From NCBI GenBank assembly GCA_951406725.2, contig OX597821.1, positions 12,896,001 to 12,960,000 of the forward strand: a stretch of DNA of 64,000 nucleotides. The letters are read 5' to 3'. Below the pieces are notes generated by a model, which had not been told where the DNA came from, made no database searches, and saw only the letters and a list, made by a program, of their open reading frames with translations. This document shows positions 13,777 through 26,803 of the stretch, piece after piece. Position numbers and translations under genes: made by a program. The stretch's first letter is position 1. Each line of letters begins with the position of its first letter. The stretch comes from Octopus vulgaris (taxonomy: Eukaryota).

Positions 13777-13875
13777 CACACACACGCACACACATCTATC
13801 TATCTATCAATCTATCTATCTATCAAGGTAAAAACAATACATGGAAATCGTCAAAATATAACAAGAAGGAAAAAG

Positions 13876-14256
13876 ACGATAACACAACGGCAAAGAGAAA
13901 ACATGATATGCGGATCATTCGCAGCCGATTGCTTCTTCAGTCGGGGGTCTGGAATGTCTGCGGGGCTTTCCCCAATCCTCTTCAGTACTACTCGAAACAA
14001 GTATGACCAAGGGTTGAAGCTAAAGGCATTAAGTCCATGAGCAAGGCAAACGAATAGACTTACATATATAAACACAAGGAAATGACAAACAGAAAATTCT
14101 TACGACTATCGGACGAACGTAACATAAGAAATAGAATTATAAATGTACAATTGACAAAAGCCTTTCGTCTATACAGCACAACTGAAACAAAACAAACAAA
14201 ATTGGCTGCGAATGATCCGCGTATCTCGTTTTTTACTCTCTGCCGTTGTGCTATCT
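13876..14256. repeat. ~55-bp imperfect inverted repeat flanking ~270 bp
   Basis: ACAACGGCAAAGAG..GCGGATCATTCGCAGCCGATT (13876-13929) versus AATTGGCTGCGAATGATCCGC..CTCTCTGCCGTTGT (14199-14256). Confidence 0.7.
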
Positions 14257-14737
14257 TTCGAATATCAGACAGTGTAGTAAGCTAGCGCAAGGAAAAAGGA
14301 ACTGGAAACAGCTTAACTGACCGGGTGGGGAGACAGAACAGAACAGATGCTACTGACCACAAAGGCGGTCAGCAGACAGACACATATACATACATACATA
14401 CATACACATATATTTATGCACATATATATATATACTTGCATAAGCATATATGTATATGGGTGCACACGTGTGTGAGCACGTGTGTGTACGTAGATATATA
14501 TGTATTTTGAAACTGTCTGAAACCAACATATCATAGTGTCATAAATTTATTTGTATTCTTATGAGTATCATTAATATGTACTGAGCGAAATCTCTTCCAA
14601 CTTTACGTTCAGAGCTAAAATTCCACCTAGGTCGACTCTGACCTCCCGTGTTTCGGGATATTTATGTATATATGTATGTTAGCATGTATAAAGACACTAT
14701 ATATATATATATGTATATGCATATGTATATAAATATA

Positions 14738-14815
<78 letters not shown>

Positions 14816-14877
14816 TCGTTAGCTACTGCACGCATTTTTTTCTCTCCTTCTTTCTGTGTTTTTTTTCTCTCTGTGTA

Positions 14878-14915
14878 TCTTTCTGTTGAAGAGCGTAGGC
14901 TCGAAACGTTAAAGA
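14878..14915 (+). ncRNA. Minimal type I hammerhead-like motif (CUGUUGA core) in a ~200-bp element between (TA)n runs
   Basis: TCTTT-CTGTTGA-A-GAGC[GTAG]GCTC-GAAA-CG-TT-AAAGA; host element ~14812-15015. Confidence 0.6.
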
Positions 14916-15036
14916 CTTGTTTTATTTATATTTCCTGAGCGCCATACTAATACAATTGTTCGTTTGCTTTCCACCTGCCTTCGTCTTTTGTTTATTTTCA
15001 TAAAGCTTCCCGTTATATATATGTATGTATGTATGT

Positions 15037-15418
15037 AGGCTGGCACTCCGTCAGTTACGATGACGGGTGTTCCACTTGATCCGATCAACGGAACAGCCTG
15101 ATCGTGAAATTAATGTGCAAGTGACTGAGCACTCCACTGACACGTGTGCACTTAACGTAGATATCAGGGAGATTCAGCGAGACAAAGAGTGCGACAAGGC
15201 TGGCCCTTTGAAATACAAGTACAACAGAAAGAGTGAGAGAAAGTTGTGGTGAAAGTGTAGAGCAGGTGCAGGATTCACTACCACCCCTTACCGGAGACTC
15301 CTGGAGCTCTAGGTGTTTTCGCTTAATAAACGCTCAGAACAATCGGTCTGGGAATCGAAACCGCTATCCTAAGGCCGCGAGTCCTCAGCCCTAACCACTG
15401 GGTAATTGCGCCTCCACA
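15037..15418 (-). mobile_element. SINE family C with alternative 3' part
   Basis: Family C head at 15350-15418; 3' part shared with 24722-24840 and 32850-32925. Confidence 0.75.
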
Positions 15419-15524
15419 CACACACACACACACACATTTACAAAAAAAAAAAAAACAAAAGTCGAAGACGGGTGTGTAAACAGCAAATAGATGAATTAGT
15501 TTAACGCTCGAGAAATGAGAAAGT

Positions 15525-15560
15525 CTTTTACGTTTCGAGCCTACGCTCATCAACAGAAAG
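15525..15560 (-). ncRNA. Second minimal hammerhead-like motif (CUGUUGA core)
   Basis: Minus strand: CTTT-CTGTTGA-T-GAGC[GTAG]GCTC-GAAA-CG-TA-AAAG. Confidence 0.6.
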
Positions 15561-16263
15561 GAACACAGAAATAAGCAGGGTGAGTATATATATATACATA
15601 CATACGTATATATATACGTGTGTGTCTGTTTGTGTGAGTGCATGTGTGTCTGTGTGGTGTGCGTGTGTCTGTGTCTGTGTGGATATACACCCAACAATCC
15701 GATGAACATCCGTCCAAAAATTTCTGCAAAGAGATTTCGCTCATATTGTAGAAAACATTTGCCCAGCCTACCGTATTGAACGCGGAACACGTTGCTACGT
15801 AAAGATCATATTTGCATCTTCTATACAGGTAATGTGTCTTTATTACTTTTGAATTATTAGGGAGTAGTATGTCACTACTAAGTAGCTGTCAACGCTTTAC
15901 AGAACCAGTGAAAAATGATTATGGATATAAACAACCTTTTACGACTCTCCAGTGCTTGGCATTTGCGTAGCAGCAACAATTTTGTTATATACCATATCTT
16001 CTGTTATGTTATATACTCTGTGCGTAAATTGTTTTGAATTGAATGTTTCCGCAAAGTAGCAGAAGTAAGAATGTACTGCCACACAATCTTATTAGTAAAT
16101 TCAAAGTAATTCCTGGTCAATATCGTATGACATCGGTTACAATCCATCACAATAAGGCAGTAACAGCAATATCGTAGAAGCCACTTGTTATAATCACAGA
16201 TGATTTTAACAACCAGTTATCACATTTCGTGAGTCTCAGTCTTCGAACTAAAGTATATCAGAA

Positions 16264-16494
16264 AGGCGGTGAGCTGGCAGAAACGTTAGCACGTCGGGCG
16301 AAATGCGTAACCGTATTTCGTCCGTCTTCAGGTTCTGAGTTCAAATTCCGCCAAGGTCGACTTTGCCTTTCATCCTCTCGGGGTCGATAAATTAAGTACC
16401 AGTTGCGCACTGGGGTCGATATAATCGACTTAATCCGTTTGTCTGTCCTTGTTTGTCCCCTCTGTGTTTAGCCCCTTGTGGGTAGTAAAGAAAT
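16264..16494 (+). mobile_element. Full-length SINE family A (Deu/Nin-domain-like core)
   Basis: GGCGGTGAGCTGGCAGAA..GAGTTCAAATTCC head; GCCTTTCATCCTCTCGGGGTCGATAAATTAAGTACCAG core; tail GGGTAGTAAAGAAATA. Confidence 0.88.
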
Positions 16495-16720
16495 ATATAT
16501 CAGTAACACATTGGAAGCGGATCTTTATAATGATCAAGTTATAAACATGTTGTTCTTATCAAAGCTACTGGGCCTCGAAATCCATAATAAAAGGTATCAG
16601 TAATAGAGTGCTGTTTATTGTAATCATGGATAATGTAATCAATCGTTTATTGTTAGCGAAATTACTGGGTATTAAAATTTAACGACAATACAATCGGAGA
16701 GAGTTCTATATTTAAGAGAT

Positions 16721-16992
<272 letters not shown>

Positions 16993-16994
<2 letters not shown>

Positions 16995-19900
16995 TCTATT
17001 GTACCTGTTAAAAATAGCCAGGAAAACGAAAAAACAACAGTAACTGAAGATCTCGCATTTGCTGAAGGACACAGAGAGTCTATGGCAGAAATGAGGCAGA
17101 AAATCCTGAATACGCTTGAAGTTGTAAGACATACAAGTATGAATGATAGAGAACTGCTTCATAAACTCTCAAATACAAACCAAAATAAAAAACAAATCCA
17201 AATTGGCAACTATGTAACAAATGAAATAATACGAGAATTAAATTTTTTTTTTTTTACTGAGTTAAATGAAATTATCTACGCTTCTGCTAGGGCAATTGAA
17301 ACCAACTGTATGCCCCCGAAAAAACAAAGAAAACAAAACCTGGGAAGAAATCAAACCTGGAGAAGTAAAATTGAAAAAGAGATTGAATTTATGAGAGGGG
17401 AAATATCAATATTAAATGAACTAATATGTGGAAATGATGTAAGATCCAGAACAGGAAGAAAGATGAAGAGAAAATTTGGATCCTCACCAAGAGAAGAACT
17501 GATATCAATTAAAGAAACGCTGAAACAAAAAGTCCAAGCAAAAGCCCAAATAATACGAAGATTTGAGAAGAGAAACAAGTTTTACAAGCAACATAAGCTG
17601 TTCACATCCAATGCCAAAAAATTCTACAGAGAAATAGGGAAGGAGAAAGTAACCGTTAAAGACCCCTCTCCCATGGAAGAAGTTCAAAACTTTTGGAAAA
17701 GGATTTGGAGTGACAAGAAGACGTACAACATAAATGCAGACTGGATTATACAAACTGAAGGATCCTACCAAAATTTACAACAACAAGCATGGGAAGACAT
17801 CACAATAGCAGACCTAAGAAAGGCACTCACGAAGGCCCATAATTGGAAATCCCCCGGTAAAGATAGGGTGCCGAATTTCTGGCTCGCATCGCTCCCGTGC
17901 GCACACGGTAAGCTAGTTCAGCTGCTCAATGGAATTTTAAGAGACCCAAAGAAAACACCTGAATGGTTAGCAAGTGGCATTACTTACCTACTCCCAAAGA
18001 ATAACGAAACCAACCTTCCAAAAAACTATCGGCCTATAACCTGTCTATCCACCACGTATAAAATCCTAACATCTATCCTGGCGGAGAAAACATATGCATT
18101 CATGGAGAAGAACGATATTTTCCCCATTGAACAAAAAGGGTGCTGCCGAGGCTCTTACGGATGCAAAGATCAATTGCTAATCAATCGTATGATCCTTGAG
18201 AACTGTCACAACAAGCGCAGAAATCTCAGCACCGCATGGATTGACTATAAAAAGGCCTTCGACAGTATACCGCATCCATGGATCTTGAGATCGCTGGACA
18301 TCTTTAAAATTTCCCCTGTGATTTCAAACTTCCTGAAGCACAATATGTCGTTGTGGAATACGAATCTCCAATTATACCACTCTAATGGAGTACTTGCCTC
18401 AGAAAATATAAACATCAACTGTGGAATTTTTCAAGGTGACTCACTTTCACCTTTAATATTCTGCATAGCCCTAATACCCCTTACAAGTGAATTAAACAGA
18501 ACAGGGTATGGGTATAAAATTGCCAATAAAAAAATAAGCCATCTATTTTATATGGATGACTTAAAACTTTATGGTAAAGACAATAATGAACTTGAAGCCC
18601 TATTGCGCACCGTGAAAGCATTCAGCGATGACATCGGGATGGAGTTTGGACTTGAGAAGTGTGCCAAGGCCACTTTCCAGTAAGGGAAAGTGAAGATCAC
18701 AAATTCAGTCGTGTTAGATGTTGACACAGTCATAAGAGAGCTTGAGCAAGAACAGACATACAAATATTTAGGGATAAATGAAGGCTCTGGTATTCAGCAT
18801 GCAAGCATGAAAGAGAAAATCAGGAAGGAATGTTATAGGAGAGTTCGTGCAGTCCTGAAATCTGAACTAAATGTACGTAACAAGATGTTAGCTATAAATT
18901 CCTTAGCAGTTCCAGTTGTTACTTATAGCTACAATGTGTTGAACTGGAATATGAGTGAAGTAAAGAATATAGATAGGAAAATACGCAAGCTGCTGAGTTG
19001 TAATAGGATGCACCACCCAAAGGCAGACGTAGATCGCCTTTACCTTCCCAGAGCCCAAGGAGGTCGAGGCCTGATCCAATTTGAACTAGCTTACAAAACA
19101 ACCACAATTGGACTGGCCAAATATCTCGAAATATCGAATGACTGGATGCTAAAGCTCGTGGAAAATCACGAGAGACGAAAGAAGCTTCATTCTATCATCA
19201 AGGAAAGCAAAAAATTTGCTATTGATCTTGTGCAGGATACCCAAACTGAACAACCCGAGGGAAGTACGGCAACTATTGTTGCAAAGAAGGTGAAAATGAT
19301 GGCAATGAAAAAAGCGCACGAGCAATTGGCTGTGAGGAATAGGTGGGAGGAGAAACCTCTGCACGGCAAATATGTGACCCGCAGCAAACAAGCTGATGTT
19401 GACCAGAAGCAAACCCATCAGTGGCTGCGGAGCTCAGAGTTAAAAGCAGAGAGCGAAGGTTTCATCCTGGCTGCTCAAGACCAAAGCCTATTAACCCGGA
19501 ACTACCTGGCCAATGTGATGAAAAATGGAGCAGACCCAAAATACCGATTCTGCAACGACATGATTGAAACAGTGGACCACCTAATCTCTGGATGTAAAGT
19601 CTTAGCACCAGTGGAGTATAAATTAAGACATGACAGAGTTGGCCAATATCTCCACTGGCTAATAAGTCGGCATTACAATATCAAAACTGCCGACAAGTGG
19701 TATAATCACCACCCTGAGGCTGTAACTGAAGGAGAAAATGTAACCATTCTGTGGGACTTTCCAGTACATACAGACCGAACCATCAAGGCCAATAAACCAG
19801 ATATTGTTGTGAAAGACCAAAACAATAAAGTTTGCTTATTGATCGACATGAGCATCCCCTGTGATCATAATATCTCAGCGAAAGAGTTTGACAAGCTCAG

Positions 19901-20287
19901 AAAATATAAAGACCTACTCATTGAAATTGAGAAAATGTGGCATCTCAAGGCGGTTACAATACCAGTGATCGTAGGAGCACTAGGAATGATCAAGAAGGGA
20001 ACCGAAAATTATATGAGAATGATCCCTGGCTTACCATCCCCGCAAGAAGTGCAAAAGATTGTCTTAACTGGTACATCACACGTATTGAGAAGAGCATTGT
20101 CGATGTGAGAACTGTTGCTGCTCATGTATTTTAATTTAACTTAAAAAAAAAAATTAAAAAAAAATGAACGAACTACTGAGTTTGGTTTAATGGCCTACCA
20201 ATATACACTATGAGTTTCTTTGCCCTAGGAGTCGGGAAGACACTCGGCAAGAAATGGAAGAAAATTTGAAAAGAAGAAAAAAAAAAA
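16993..20287 (+). mobile_element. Dong/R4-clade RLE non-LTR retrotransposon, 5'-truncated copy
   Basis: Begins at AATTCTATTGTACC (equivalent to ~58188 of the longer copy); flanked by (TAA)n on both sides; A-rich 3' end. Confidence 0.93.
17082..20108 (+). pseudogene. RT + CCHC + restriction-like endonuclease ORF with one premature stop
   Basis: NYRPITCL, WIDYKKAFDS, GIFQGDSLSP, HLFYMDDLK; YRFC..ETVDHLISGC; KPDIVV..LIDMSIP..KLRKY (PD-(D/E)xK). TAA at 18681-18683 is AAA in the other copy; both halves are in the same frame. Confidence 0.93.
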
Positions 20288-20336
<49 letters not shown>

Positions 20337-20421
20337 TAATAATAATAACAACAACAACAGCAACAACAACATTGAAAAATACCTTAGGAATGAGAACTCA
20401 TGTTCGAAATTTCCCCCAAGT

Positions 20422-20463
20422 CACCTGATGAAGGCCAGAGGGTGTATCAGCCGAAACGTTGTG
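20422..20463 (+). ncRNA. Minimal type I hammerhead motif in SINE 3' part
   Basis: CAC-CTGATGA-A-GGC[CAGAGGGTGTATCA]GCC-GAAA-CG-TT-GTG; palindromic ACGT helix III; stems are short. Confidence 0.65.
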
Positions 20464-20933
20464 TTAACAACAAACAAGATGAAGGCAAATATCCGTCAAT
20501 TGTAAGTAATGTAAATAATGAATACAATACGAGTCGTGGATAAAAGTTTTGTTTAAAACTTAGCGCCTGAATTCGATATTTACATAATGATGTTGAGACT
20601 TTATTGCTATCGGAAAGATTTTCTCCCAGAAGTGATCACACGTCGACTATATGTATAAGAACATCTAGGAATTTTGTCATTCAACAGTTGTATTTTACTT
20701 ACGGCGATTAATGTGAAGTATATTTATTTAGATATGATGCTATCATACAACATAAGAGTGTGAGTTGGCGAATTATCAATAAGCACGTTACATGTGAACG
20801 AGCTGATAAACATTAGGCGTAATGTATATCACGCCTGGCAGGCAACTTCAATAAAGACATATCAGTTGAAGGGATAGGTTCATCTAGTGAAATATAATAA
20901 CAAAAATACTTTGTGGTATCACCGAAGTAGCCA

Positions 20934-20985
<52 letters not shown>

Positions 20986-21199
20986 GTGAAATAGAAAGAT
21001 GAATAATCTTGTAGTAGATTAATCAAAAGTTTAACCGATACCTTAGTAGCAAAAATCACAGCAGTAAAACAGCACGGTTGGAGGTACAACCATATGGTGT
21101 TGCAACCGTGCGTTGGTGCGGATAATTGAAATTAGAACATTATTGGTGAATTGAAGAAATGGAGCTGAACGCAGATTGAACAGAAATCGTTTTATTTCA

Positions 21200-21279
21200 T
21201 TCTACACGTGTTTCGAAAGGCACAAATTACCAAAATCCGATGGAATAATGGGACCATATTGTGTCTTTCTCTTCAGGAA
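21200..21279 (-). ncRNA. Type I hammerhead ribozyme (inverted pLTR copy)
   Basis: Reverse complement of 23395-23474. Confidence 0.8.
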
Positions 21280-21738
21280 GAAAATAGGAAATCCGTTGGA
21301 AAAACAAAAACAGAACAGAGGCGGAGCAAAAACAAATCGAACTATGCTCCTAAGAGCCCATGGCGAAACTGTTTATCAGTGTATGTTGAGAACCGGTGGC
21401 TGAAGAATTCAACGGGTCAAGCATCGGTCAATCATGTGGGTGAGGGTGCGTAGATGTTCTTTGTGACCGAGAATAAAGTTCTGACTATTTAAAGAATATT
21501 GGATGTTTTATAAGGGGCGAGAAAAAATCTACTTAGAGACGTGTGTGTGTGTATACTGTTCTATATATGTGTGTGTTGGCGTAGGGGTAGAAAACATTTT
21601 TTGTGTACGTGTGTGCGTTTGATCGTTCGGCTGTCAGTGGCTACTGCCGTGATAACCGTTGGGTGGCAGAAAAAAAAAATATATATATATCATGTTTTAT
21701 GTGTGTGTGTGTTCATCTAAGCCTGCCTTGTCAAGGAA

Positions 21739-22801
21739 TCACCCACCCGAATGCGAGAGCTGGCGTCCCGATCCATCACACTGATAGGAATAAGCATATA
21801 TGGTTTGTAATCCCCTTTGGTAAGCAGATTAGAACTAACCTCCCCCTCATGTTTAGACAAGCCATCGCCAATAACTTCCCCAGAAATTCCAAATATTACT
21901 CCACGGTTAACTCGCATAAAGTTAGGATAGCTTTCTCCAACACTAAAAACCTCGCCCAGATAATCGCCTCCCATAATAATAGGCTACTCACTAAGACCCT
22001 ATCACCTTTTTCCGGAGGCACAGCCTCTTCCGCTCCCGGTTTAATGCTCAGTAGGAATAATTATAGTAGTAATAATGATATGAGAGCCAGTACAGTGACA
22101 CATAATCTCATTCCAGCCAGGGAGTACCTACTAGGGGTATAGTTATAAATAGGGGTGTTGTGGTTGAAGGTAACAATGGGAGTAGGGTAGAGAGCCCCAA
22201 TAGCATCCCCAGCATCATTTCCCGCTATAGCAGCACCACGGGCAGTAGCAATGACAGCACTTTGATAGATAGTGGAGAATCAGGGGTTATTCCTATAGTT
22301 AATAGTGACGTAGTGGAAAATAGAGTAGTAAGCGGCTGCAGGTCTCGGAACGAATATAGTGACAGGAACGCAGTTCTAATTTCAGAAACTAATCCTAGCA
22401 GAATTAGATTCACGTCGGCGAACTCCAAGATCAAAAACGCCGTCTACCAATGCAAGGTTTACACGGACTCAGATGTCTTCACTTATGTAGGGGCCTCATC
22501 CTCAAGATTGTCTTTGCGTGTCTCCAACCATTACGCAACTTTTCGGGACATGAACAAGCGCCAGACCACTGGACTCAGTAAGCTAATATGGCGACTGAAG
22601 GATACGAACTTAAGCTACAGGCTGGAATGGTCCATTTTGTCGGTGGCCCTCCCATTTGATAGGGGCAGAAGGCAGTGCAACCTTTGTGTCTCCGAACTCT
22701 TCCATATTTTGTTTGCCAGAGGCCGGATGGTAAACGGGCTTTTACAGTCGGCTTTTCGATGCCCCCATTGGCGGCGTTACACTTATCTGGCTTTTAAATA
22801 G
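21739..22801 (+). pseudogene. C-terminal part of PLE polyprotein: post-RT linker and GIY-YIG endonuclease
   Basis: HIWFVIPF..IRTNL..NNFP..KVRIAFS..NLAQIIASHN linker; AVYQCKV..TYVG..RVSNH..LSKLIWRLK..CNLCVSE..N..CPHW. Frame change between 22142 and 22160. Confidence 0.85.
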
Positions 22802-23394
22802 CGTTTATAAATAATACCGGCACCCATAGCCCTTGGTAACTAATTCTGAAATAGCCTTTAAGATATCTACGATTAACCACTGCAAGGGGAATTACTCCTG
22901 TAAGACAAACGGGGCTTGGTTTTTTCACAGCGTGGGGTTTCCTTGACAAGGCAGGCTTAGATGAACACACACACACATAAAACATGATATATATATTTTT
23001 TTTTTCTGCCACCCAACGGTTATCACGGCAGTAGCCACTGACAGCCGAACGATCAAACGCACACACGTACACAAAAATGTTTTCTACCCCTACGCCAACA
23101 CACACATATATAGAACAGTATACACACACACACGTCTCTAAGTAGATTTTTTCTCGCCCCTTATAAAACATCCAATATTCTTTAAATAGTCAGAACTTTA
23201 TTCTCGGTCACAAAGAACATCTACGCACCCTCACCCACATGATTGACCGATGCTTGACCCGTTGAATTCTTCAGCCACCGGTTCTCAACATACACTGATA
23301 AACAGTTTCGCCATGGGCTCTTAGGAGCATAGTTCGATTTGTTTTTGCTCCGCCTCTGTTCTGTTTTTGTTTTTCCAACGGATTTCCTATTTTC

Positions 23395-23474
23395 TTCCTG
23401 AAGAGAAAGACACAATATGGTCCCATTATTCCATCGGATTTTGGTAATTTGTGCCTTTCGAAACACGTGTAGAA
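23395..23474 (+). ncRNA. Type I hammerhead ribozyme in PLE 3' pLTR
   Basis: TTC-CTGAAGA-GAAAGACAC...GTGCCTTTC-GAAA-CACGTG-TA-GAA; GUA triplet (predicted cleavage after 23471); palindromic helix III; AATAAA just downstream. Confidence 0.82.
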
Positions 23475-23536
23475 TGAAATAAAACGATTTCTGTTCAATC
23501 TGCGTTCAGCTCCATTTCTTCAATTCACCAATAATG

Positions 23537-23576
<40 letters not shown>

Positions 23577-23579
<3 letters not shown>

Positions 23580-23888
23580 CGTGATCACCGTGACCGACCA
23601 GGTTATCAGATGTTGCTACACATCGCTGGTCACAATGTGCTTCGCATTGTTTTAGCCTTCAAATGACGCCACTCCGCTGGCCAAGCAAGCAGGCCAACAG
23701 AAGAAAGACAGAGAGAAAGTTGTGGCGAAAAGGTACAGCAGGGATCGCCACCACCCCCTGCCGGAGCCTTCTGGAGCTTTAGGCGTTTTCGCTCAATAAA
23801 CACTCACAACGCCCGGTCTGGGAATCGAAACCGCGATCCTACAATCGCCAGTCCGCTGCCCTAACCACTGGGCCATTGCGCCTCCACA
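23577..23888 (-). mobile_element. SINE family C with a third type of 3' part
   Basis: Family C head at 23815-23888; tail 23577-23700 unlike the other copies. Confidence 0.78.
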
Positions 23889-24019
23889 TATATATGTGTG
23901 TGTGTGTGTGTTTGTGTGCGTGCGTGTGTGTCTTTTGAATTTTTATAGAGATTTTTTTATACATATATATATATATATATATACATGTATATATATGTAT
24001 ATATACACACACACACATA

Positions 24020-24252
24020 CACTCTTTTACTCTTTTATTTGTTTCAATCATTTGACTGTGGCCATGCAGGAGCACCGCCTTTAGTCGAGCAAAACGACCC
24101 CAGAACTTATGGTTTGTAAGCCTAGTGCTTATTCTATCTTTCTCTTTTGCGGAACCGCTAAGTTGCGGTAAACACACTAGCATCAGTTGTCAAGCGATGT
24201 TGGGGGGGACCAACATAGACACACAAACGTATACACACACATACATATATAC

Positions 24253-24351
<99 letters not shown>

Positions 24352-24522
24352 CATTTATACGACGGGCTTCTTTCAGTTTCCGTCTACCAAATCCACTCAC
24401 ACGGCTTTGGTCGACCCGAGAGTATAGTAGAGGACACTTGCCCAAAGTGCCATACATTGGGATTGAACCCCGGAACCATGTAGTTCGCAAGCAAGCTACT
24501 TATCACACAGCCACTCCTACGT
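24020..24522 (-). mobile_element. SINE family B
   Basis: Same head, core and tail as 13082-13531, reverse strand. Confidence 0.85.
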
Positions 24523-24534
24523 CTATGTTATATG

Positions 24535-24850
24535 TATTGTGACCCCCTTCTGCCATGGATTTCACCTAGAAAGATACCCTCCGAGGCACAAGTCTGGGCA
24601 AGGTTGTTTATAGACCAGCAGTCGCCCACACATACCAGCCTCCCCTTTCCACGCCACCAGTGTTATCCAAGGGAAAGGCAACAACAAATACAGCTTGGCA
24701 CCAGTGACGTCGCAGCTCATTTATTAACGTGCAAGTGGCTGAGCACTCCACAGACACGTGTGCCCTTAACGTAGTTCTCGAGGAGATTCAGCCTGACACA
24801 GAGTGCGACAAGACTGGCCCTTTGAAATACAGGTACAACAGAAACAGGAA
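24535..24850 (+). repeat. SINE fragments resembling RTE-type 5'UTR / Ceph-domain sequence
   Basis: ACCAGCCTCCCCTTTCCACGCCACC..TCCAAGGGAAAGGCAA..ACAGCTTGGCACCAGTGACGTCGCAG recalled from RTE-related SINEs; second half matches 15110-15225. Confidence 0.45.
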
Positions 24851-24869
24851 GAAAGAGCTAGAAAAAAGT

Positions 24870-25011
<142 letters not shown>

Positions 25012-26221
25012 CATACATATATATATACGGTGTGTACATTCTTTAATAATAAATGAATCTATGGTTCTAACATGCCACTTCAGCGGTGAAAACAACTGCT
25101 TGGTTCATGAGAATGTTGGACTACCCGACCTTTAGTACACTTTCCACAACTCCTTCGAAAAGAGAAGAATGTCCTGCAGAGTATTTGTGCTTTTATCAAT
25201 TTCGCGCAAATAACGACAAATCTTATGGCTTGCATTTTACATGCCTTTTACAGCTAACAATTTGTAAGGCATCTCCCACGCTCTACGGCCACGAATCATT
25301 TGAACTTCAGCGTCCAAGAAATGTCACTATTTGATTTTGTTAGAATTGTTGTTTAATTGCAGTTCAAGCCAACCTCTATATGTGGTTCTCATCGACCACC
25401 TTTTTTCATTGCAATTTTTTATCAATTATCTCATGCTTTACAATTTGATATATTTATAACGTACTTTTTTATGGTTTCTAGTGATATTGGATTATGCTTT
25501 GTTAAAATCACTCGACTGTAGAGGAAATGATAGAAAAGAAAAACATATCATTCTGTCCAATCAAAAGACATCATCACTAAAACGTGGTTATACTAAACAA
25601 ATACATAAAATGAAAGAAAATGAAAGAAAAAAATTAAATAAATTTATAAATATAAATAAAAACTGTCCGAGCAAATCAAATAAATCTTAAAACACGAAGA
25701 TATATGTGTCCATATATTTGTGCTTCTTAATTCCATTTCTAAATGCTAGATTCTTATCCGAACTATTCAATGGAAAACACTCAAAAGTCTGAAACCATTG
25801 TGCCATTTTGAATTTTAAAAGAGCCTCCTTTCCATCGCCTCCTGGGAGAAGGTAAACACGAAACAAGAACCGAATACCCAGATAGAAGAAAAGAAACAAT
25901 TATTTTCCTGATTGCAAGATCACGTATAATGGGCAGAGAATTTCCAAATCGTATTTCAATCTCTCAAACAGACGTGAATCGTGTTTTATGTCGGTCGGTG
26001 CCATTATTTTCTCTTATTTCTTCGATTAGTTCTGGAAGATCGAATGAAGTTATTCGATAAGAAAAGAACATGCGCATACAGACTCTTTTGCAACTAGGAA
26101 CATCTAAACACACGTGCACACTGCACGTACATTTTTATAGACATTAGAATTTTTCTTCTCTTTCCTCCTTTTCTCTCTCGCTTTCTTTCTCTCTCCTCCT
26201 CTGCATGTATATATGTGTGTG

Positions 26222-26304
<83 letters not shown>

Positions 26305-26410
26305 GTACATATATATATATACACATATATATATATATACACACATAAATTCATTATAAATATACATATATGCATATACACTTGTTTATATACGTATGTA
26401 TACATTTGTG

Positions 26411-26446
<36 letters not shown>

Positions 26447-26483
26447 TATATACATATTATATATACATTCATATGTATATACG

Positions 26484-26521
<38 letters not shown>

Positions 26522-26762
26522 AATGCATATATACTCTCACCTTCATACATACATACCAAAAACAATTCTATACGTCTACGCATTACCGATTCACTGTAAT
26601 TCAAAAGACTATTGTTCAATTGCAGTTAACTCGAGATTCCTTCTTGAAAGAACCAGTTTTTCTAGAGAGCCATTTACATACACGCATATAAAAATCACTC
26701 AGATACACACTCGTATCCGAACATGTACGCCAGAACGCCCACGTATACACACATTGACAGAT

Positions 26763-26803
<41 letters not shown>

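Larger units (their letters stand above)
20983..23538 (+). mobile_element. Penelope-like element, 5'-truncated, with inverted pseudo-LTR, in (TA)n
   Basis: Near-identical inverted repeat 21136-21738 / 22939-23538; GIY-YIG ORF between; (TA)n at 20937-20982 and 23539-23576. Confidence 0.9.

Noticed and set aside
13905-13990. Two CTGAAGA motifs on the minus strand suggesting hammerheads
   Set aside because: I could not build a consistent GAAA, stem III and stem I around either
21176-21453. Duplicated 75-aa and 81-aa ORFs (also 23221-23498)
   Set aside because: Antisense readings of the pLTR/HHR region, duplicated only because of the inverted repeat
25687-26005. Short minus-strand ORFs in unique sequence (similar cases at 45917-46050 and 53466-53672)
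   Set aside because: Short, no motifs, no supportable exon structure
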